64,000 nucleotides of DNA, taken from Actinomycetota bacterium (GTDB lineage: Bacteria; Actinomycetota; Thermoleophilia; Solirubrobacterales; 70-9). The translations under genes and the position numbers were made by a program. The DNA is taken from assembly GCA_038040365.1 (NCBI GenBank), contig JBBPIL010000007.1:7550-71549 (forward strand). The letters are read 5' to 3'. The notes under the pieces are model-generated. The model ran no database searches, was not told the origin of the DNA, and was given only the letters and a program-made list of their open reading frames with translations. Of the stretch, positions 61,462 to 64,000 are shown piece after piece. Numbering within the stretch: the stretch's first letter is position 1; each line of letters begins with the position of its first letter.

Positions 61462-61943
61462 TCGCTGAGCAGGGGAGCCACGATCACAGAGCGCTCGGGC
61501 TCGTCACCTTCGCTGAAGGTCTCGACGCCCGCACGGTCCTTGAGGTGCTGATGGACGACGCGACGCTCGCTCGGGGTCATCGCCTCGAGCTCGATCTCCT
61601 TGCCCGTCGTCAGCGCCCGCTCGGCGCCACGATCGGCCTGCCGCTCGATCGCTTCCTGGCGGCGCTCCCGGTAGCCGGCGGCGTCCACGACCACCCGTTT
61701 TCGCTCCTGAAGCCCGCGGAACGCGGCTCGGTAGCAGAGCAGCTGCACCGCGTCGATCGTCTGGCCGCGGCGCCCGATCAGCAGGCCCACGTCCTCTCCG
61801 TCGACGCGGCCCACGATCTGCTCGGCGTCCTCGTCGACTTCGACCTCAGCCTCGACCTCGAGTGCGTCGACGACCCGCTCGAGAATCGCCCTCACGCGCT
61901 CGGCCGGCTCAGCCGGCAGATCGCTGGCCCCATCGCTCGCCAC
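61458..61943 (-). CDS. jag: KH + R3H domain RNA-binding protein Jag/KhpB (lacks Jag_N)
   Basis: KH GxxG LLIGRRGQTIDAVQ. R3H SERRVVHQHL. GTG start. Confidence 0.8.
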   Translation of the reverse strand: MASDGASDLPAEPAERVRAILERVVDALEVEAEVEVDEDAEQIVGRVDGEDVGLLIGRRGQTIDAVQLLCYRAAFRGLQERKRVVVDAAGYRERRQEAIERQADRGAERALTTGKEIELEAMTPSERRVVHQHLKDRAGVETFSEGDEPERSVIVAPLLSD

Positions 61944-62124
61944 CGGGCGAGTCTATTGAGCAGGAGAAGGGGGCAGCTTGTCGAAGTAGACGGGTTCGGC
62001 TGCGCCGGTATCCAGCAGCGGTGGCGCCAGCCGGGGGCGGTGGGTGCACCACATGCGGAACAAAACCGACCACGGCCCCGGGACGGCTATGGCCCGCGGC
62101 GGGCCACCCTGGGCGTGATGGGGC

Positions 62125-62865
62125 TCAGCGCCGCCGCTTCCTCTTGCGCGGCGGTGGCGGGGGCGGCTTCGCCGCTTGTTTTTGGTCCTCGACCTCCTTG
62201 GGTGGCGGCGGGATCAGCTTCTTGACGACCCATTGCTGGCCCATCGTCCACACGTTGGTGGTGATCCAGTAGATGACCAGGCCCGCGGGAAAGCTGATGA
62301 TGAACGGCGTGAAGACGACCGGCAGCGCGTACATCAGCAGGCGCTGGTTGCCCTCGGCCGAGGCGGCCATGATCGAGGTCGAGCCGACCATGGTCACGAA
62401 GTAGAGGACCACGAGGATGATCAGCGCCGCGCCGGTGGCGGCCTCGTCCAGCGGGATGCTGAAGAAGTCCGGGTTGCTCCCGGGAGCGTTGATCTCCTCC
62501 TTGAACTCATCGCTGCGCAGGAGATAGAACAGCGCCAAGAACACCGGAAGCTGGAGCAGCAGCGGGACGCAGGACGCGAACGGGTTGATCTTGTTCTCCT
62601 GGTAGAAGGCCATCATCTCGCGCTGCATGCGCTGGCGGTCGTCCTTGTACCTCTCCTGGATCTTCTTGATCTCCGGCTGGTGAGCCTGGAGCGAGCGCAT
62701 CGAGCGGATCTGCTTCAGGGACAGCGGCAGGATCGCGATCCGGGTGACGATCGTGAGCAGGATGATCGCCACGCCCCAGCCGACGCCGACGTCGTCGTGA
62801 AAGAACGTCAGCACGGAGTTGGCGACGTCGATCAGCGGTTGGAGGGGGTTGGCCGCGAGCAGCAT
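62125..62865 (-). CDS. yidC: membrane protein insertase YidC (short form)
   Basis: AIILLTIVTRIAILPLSLKQ.., NPFASCVPLLLQLPVF, and a basic C-terminal tail. Confidence 0.9.
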   Translation of the reverse strand: MLLAANPLQPLIDVANSVLTFFHDDVGVGWGVAIILLTIVTRIAILPLSLKQIRSMRSLQAHQPEIKKIQERYKDDRQRMQREMMAFYQENKINPFASCVPLLLQLPVFLALFYLLRSDEFKEEINAPGSNPDFFSIPLDEAATGAALIILVVLYFVTMVGSTSIMAASAEGNQRLLMYALPVVFTPFIISFPAGLVIYWITTNVWTMGQQWVVKKLIPPPPKEVEDQKQAAKPPPPPPRKRKRRR

Positions 62866-63125
62866 CAGGCGGGCACACCGGGCTTCGACTTGAAGAAGGG
62901 GCGCGCCTCGACCGGGTCGTAGCCCCCGTGGCTGAGCGGGTTGCAGCGGGCGAGGCGCCAGGCGGCGAGGATCGAGCCGCGCAAGACGCCGAGCTCGCGG
63001 ATCGCCAGCACGGCGTAGGCGGAGCAGGTCGGCTCGTACTTGCAGCGACGGGGGAGCGCCGGCGAGATCAAGCGCTGGTAGAGGCGGATCGGGGCGAGGA
63101 CGATTGCAAGCAGCGCGCGTTTCAC
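62865..63125 (-). CDS. yidD: membrane protein insertion efficiency factor YidD
   Basis: [23 protein letters not shown]. Confidence 0.9.
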   Translation of the reverse strand: MKRALLAIVLAPIRLYQRLISPALPRRCKYEPTCSAYAVLAIRELGVLRGSILAAWRLARCNPLSHGGYDPVEARPFFKSKPGVPA

Positions 63126-63141
63126 GTTTTACGCTTCCAAC

Positions 63142-63525
63142 CTAGACGGTTCCGCCCGTCGGCCCGGCCTGCGAGATCAGCTCCTCGAGCGCGGTCGCGA
63201 CTGCGCCGGGGCCCTCGCGCTCCACCAAGCCGGCCGCGTCGGGGCGGGCCACGAGAACGAAGTCGTGACCGCGGGGGAGCCTGTCGTCGAAGGACCAGAA
63301 TGCCTCTCTGAGCCCGCGCTTCACCGCATTCCTCTCTACGGCGCCTCCGACCTTGCGGCTCACCGAGATCCCGAGGCGAACCTCGTCGTGATCATCCGAG
63401 TCGCGGCGCGGGAAGGCGTAGAAGACCAGGAAGCGGTTGGCGTGGGAGCGGCCCTCGCGATAGACGCGCTCGAAGTCGCCGCTGCGCGACAGGCGGCCAC
63501 GCCTACGCCGCTCGCCGGGCGTCAC
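63142..63525 (-). CDS. rnpA: ribonuclease P protein component
   Basis: GTG at 63525 overlaps the rpmH stop (GTGA). [15 protein letters not shown].., [16 protein letters not shown]. Confidence 0.85.
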   Translation of the reverse strand: MTPGERRRRGRLSRSGDFERVYREGRSHANRFLVFYAFPRRDSDDHDEVRLGISVSRKVGGAVERNAVKRGLREAFWSFDDRLPRGHDFVLVARPDAAGLVEREGPGAVATALEELISQAGPTGGTV

Positions 63526-63656
63526 GGCGTCAGCCGCTTGCGACCCTTGCGGCGACGACGCTTGATGATCTGGCGGCCGCTGCGAGTGCGCATGCGGGCG
63601 CGGAACCCGTGTGTCCGGGCGCGCTTGCGCTTCTTGGGCTGGTAGGTCCGCTTCAC
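63522..63656 (-). CDS. rpmH: 50S ribosomal protein L34
   Basis: It is not in the ORF track because it is only 44 aa. I translated it by hand: (V/M)[43 protein letters not shown]. Confidence 0.9.
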   Translation of the reverse strand: MKRTYQPKKRKRARTHGFRARMRTRSGRQIIKRRRRKGRKRLTP

Positions 63657-63798
63657 GACCGGCGAGGCAGTATACGAGCCGGTGGTTGCTCGTCTTCGGC
63701 CTTCGCTGAAACGACAAGATTTGTTTTTCGCGCGTAATGCGGGCTCCGTCCGCCACCCCCCGTGGCACGGCCAGCTACCCGATCTATCATCGCGCGCC

Positions 63799-64000
63799 GT
63801 GCCCCCGGAAGCCCTCCCCGACGATCTCGCCTCGATCTGGGAACGCGTCCGGGGGGAGCTTCGCGCTCATCTCCCGGCCTCCACCTTTCAACTCTGGATC
63901 GAGCCTCTCCGGCCCGTCTCCACGCAGGGGAACACCCTCCACCTCGCCGCCCCGGACACCACCCGCACCTGGGTGGAACGTCGCTACTCGGCGTCAGTTC
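63799..64000 (+). CDS. dnaA: chromosomal replication initiator DnaA, 5' partial
   Basis: The GTG-started open frame [63 protein letters not shown] fits DnaA domain I. It sits divergent from rpmH and runs off the window. Confidence 0.8.
   Translation, partial: MPPEALPDDLASIWERVRGELRAHLPASTFQLWIEPLRPVSTQGNTLHLAAPDTTRTWVERRYSASV

Noticed and set aside
63119-63130. parS-like sequence GTTTCACGTTTT at the yidD start, and GTTTCACC near 55998.
   Set aside because: Only one half-site matches the TGTTTCACGTGAAACA consensus and the second half is absent.

Overview
This is a very GC-rich bacterial chromosome segment (roughly 70% G+C by eye, not computed) with actinobacterial-type gene content. It runs into the replication-origin gene cluster: parB-parA-rsmG-jag-yidC-yidD-rnpA-rpmH on the minus strand, then the 5' end of dnaA from 63799 on the plus strand. 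I can support about 70 protein genes, 3 tRNAs (Phe-GAA, Lys-CTT, Ile-GAT), a few truncated gene remnants and several repeat or hairpin elements. I found no rRNA, CRISPR array, transposase or integrase.

The content is mostly housekeeping:
- A DNA-transaction neighbourhood (fused PafBC-like WYL regulator, HhH protein, YhaM-like OB+HD nuclease, SftH/MrfA-type helicase-DUF1998).
- sucCD, rpiB, a nucleotide-sugar dehydrogenase, an acyl-CoA ligase, tatAC and dcd.
- A menaquinone/respiration supercluster (polyprenyl synthase, menG, Bacillus-type qcrABC).
- A TetR-MFS pair, heme genes (hemL, fused AhbAB-like siroheme decarboxylase, hemB) and an ABC-2 exporter.
- An envelope-glycan operon (AlkP/NPP, GtrA, GT-C), ddl and pdxH.

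The many long Arg/Pro/Ala-rich ORFs in the track that overlap these genes are GC-driven shadow ORFs.

The most interesting observations are:
1. A visibly lower-GC three-gene islet abutting tRNA-Ile (55.9-58.1 kb). It encodes a small TM protein, an HTTM/SdpB-like polytopic protein carrying a cysteine-less DCC-like domain, and a canonical DCC thiol-disulfide oxidoreductase. It lies next to a 26-nt duplication of the tRNA-Ile 3' end.
2. A degenerate DHPS paralogue that is translationally coupled to the helicase and to a SLOG/TIGR00725 protein.
3. Two families of repeated intergenic elements and a 162-nt imperfect palindrome.
4. Conserved N-termini without a canonical start codon (hemL and a hotdog-fold protein).

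All family assignments come from motif recognition by eye and need HMM or BLAST confirmation.
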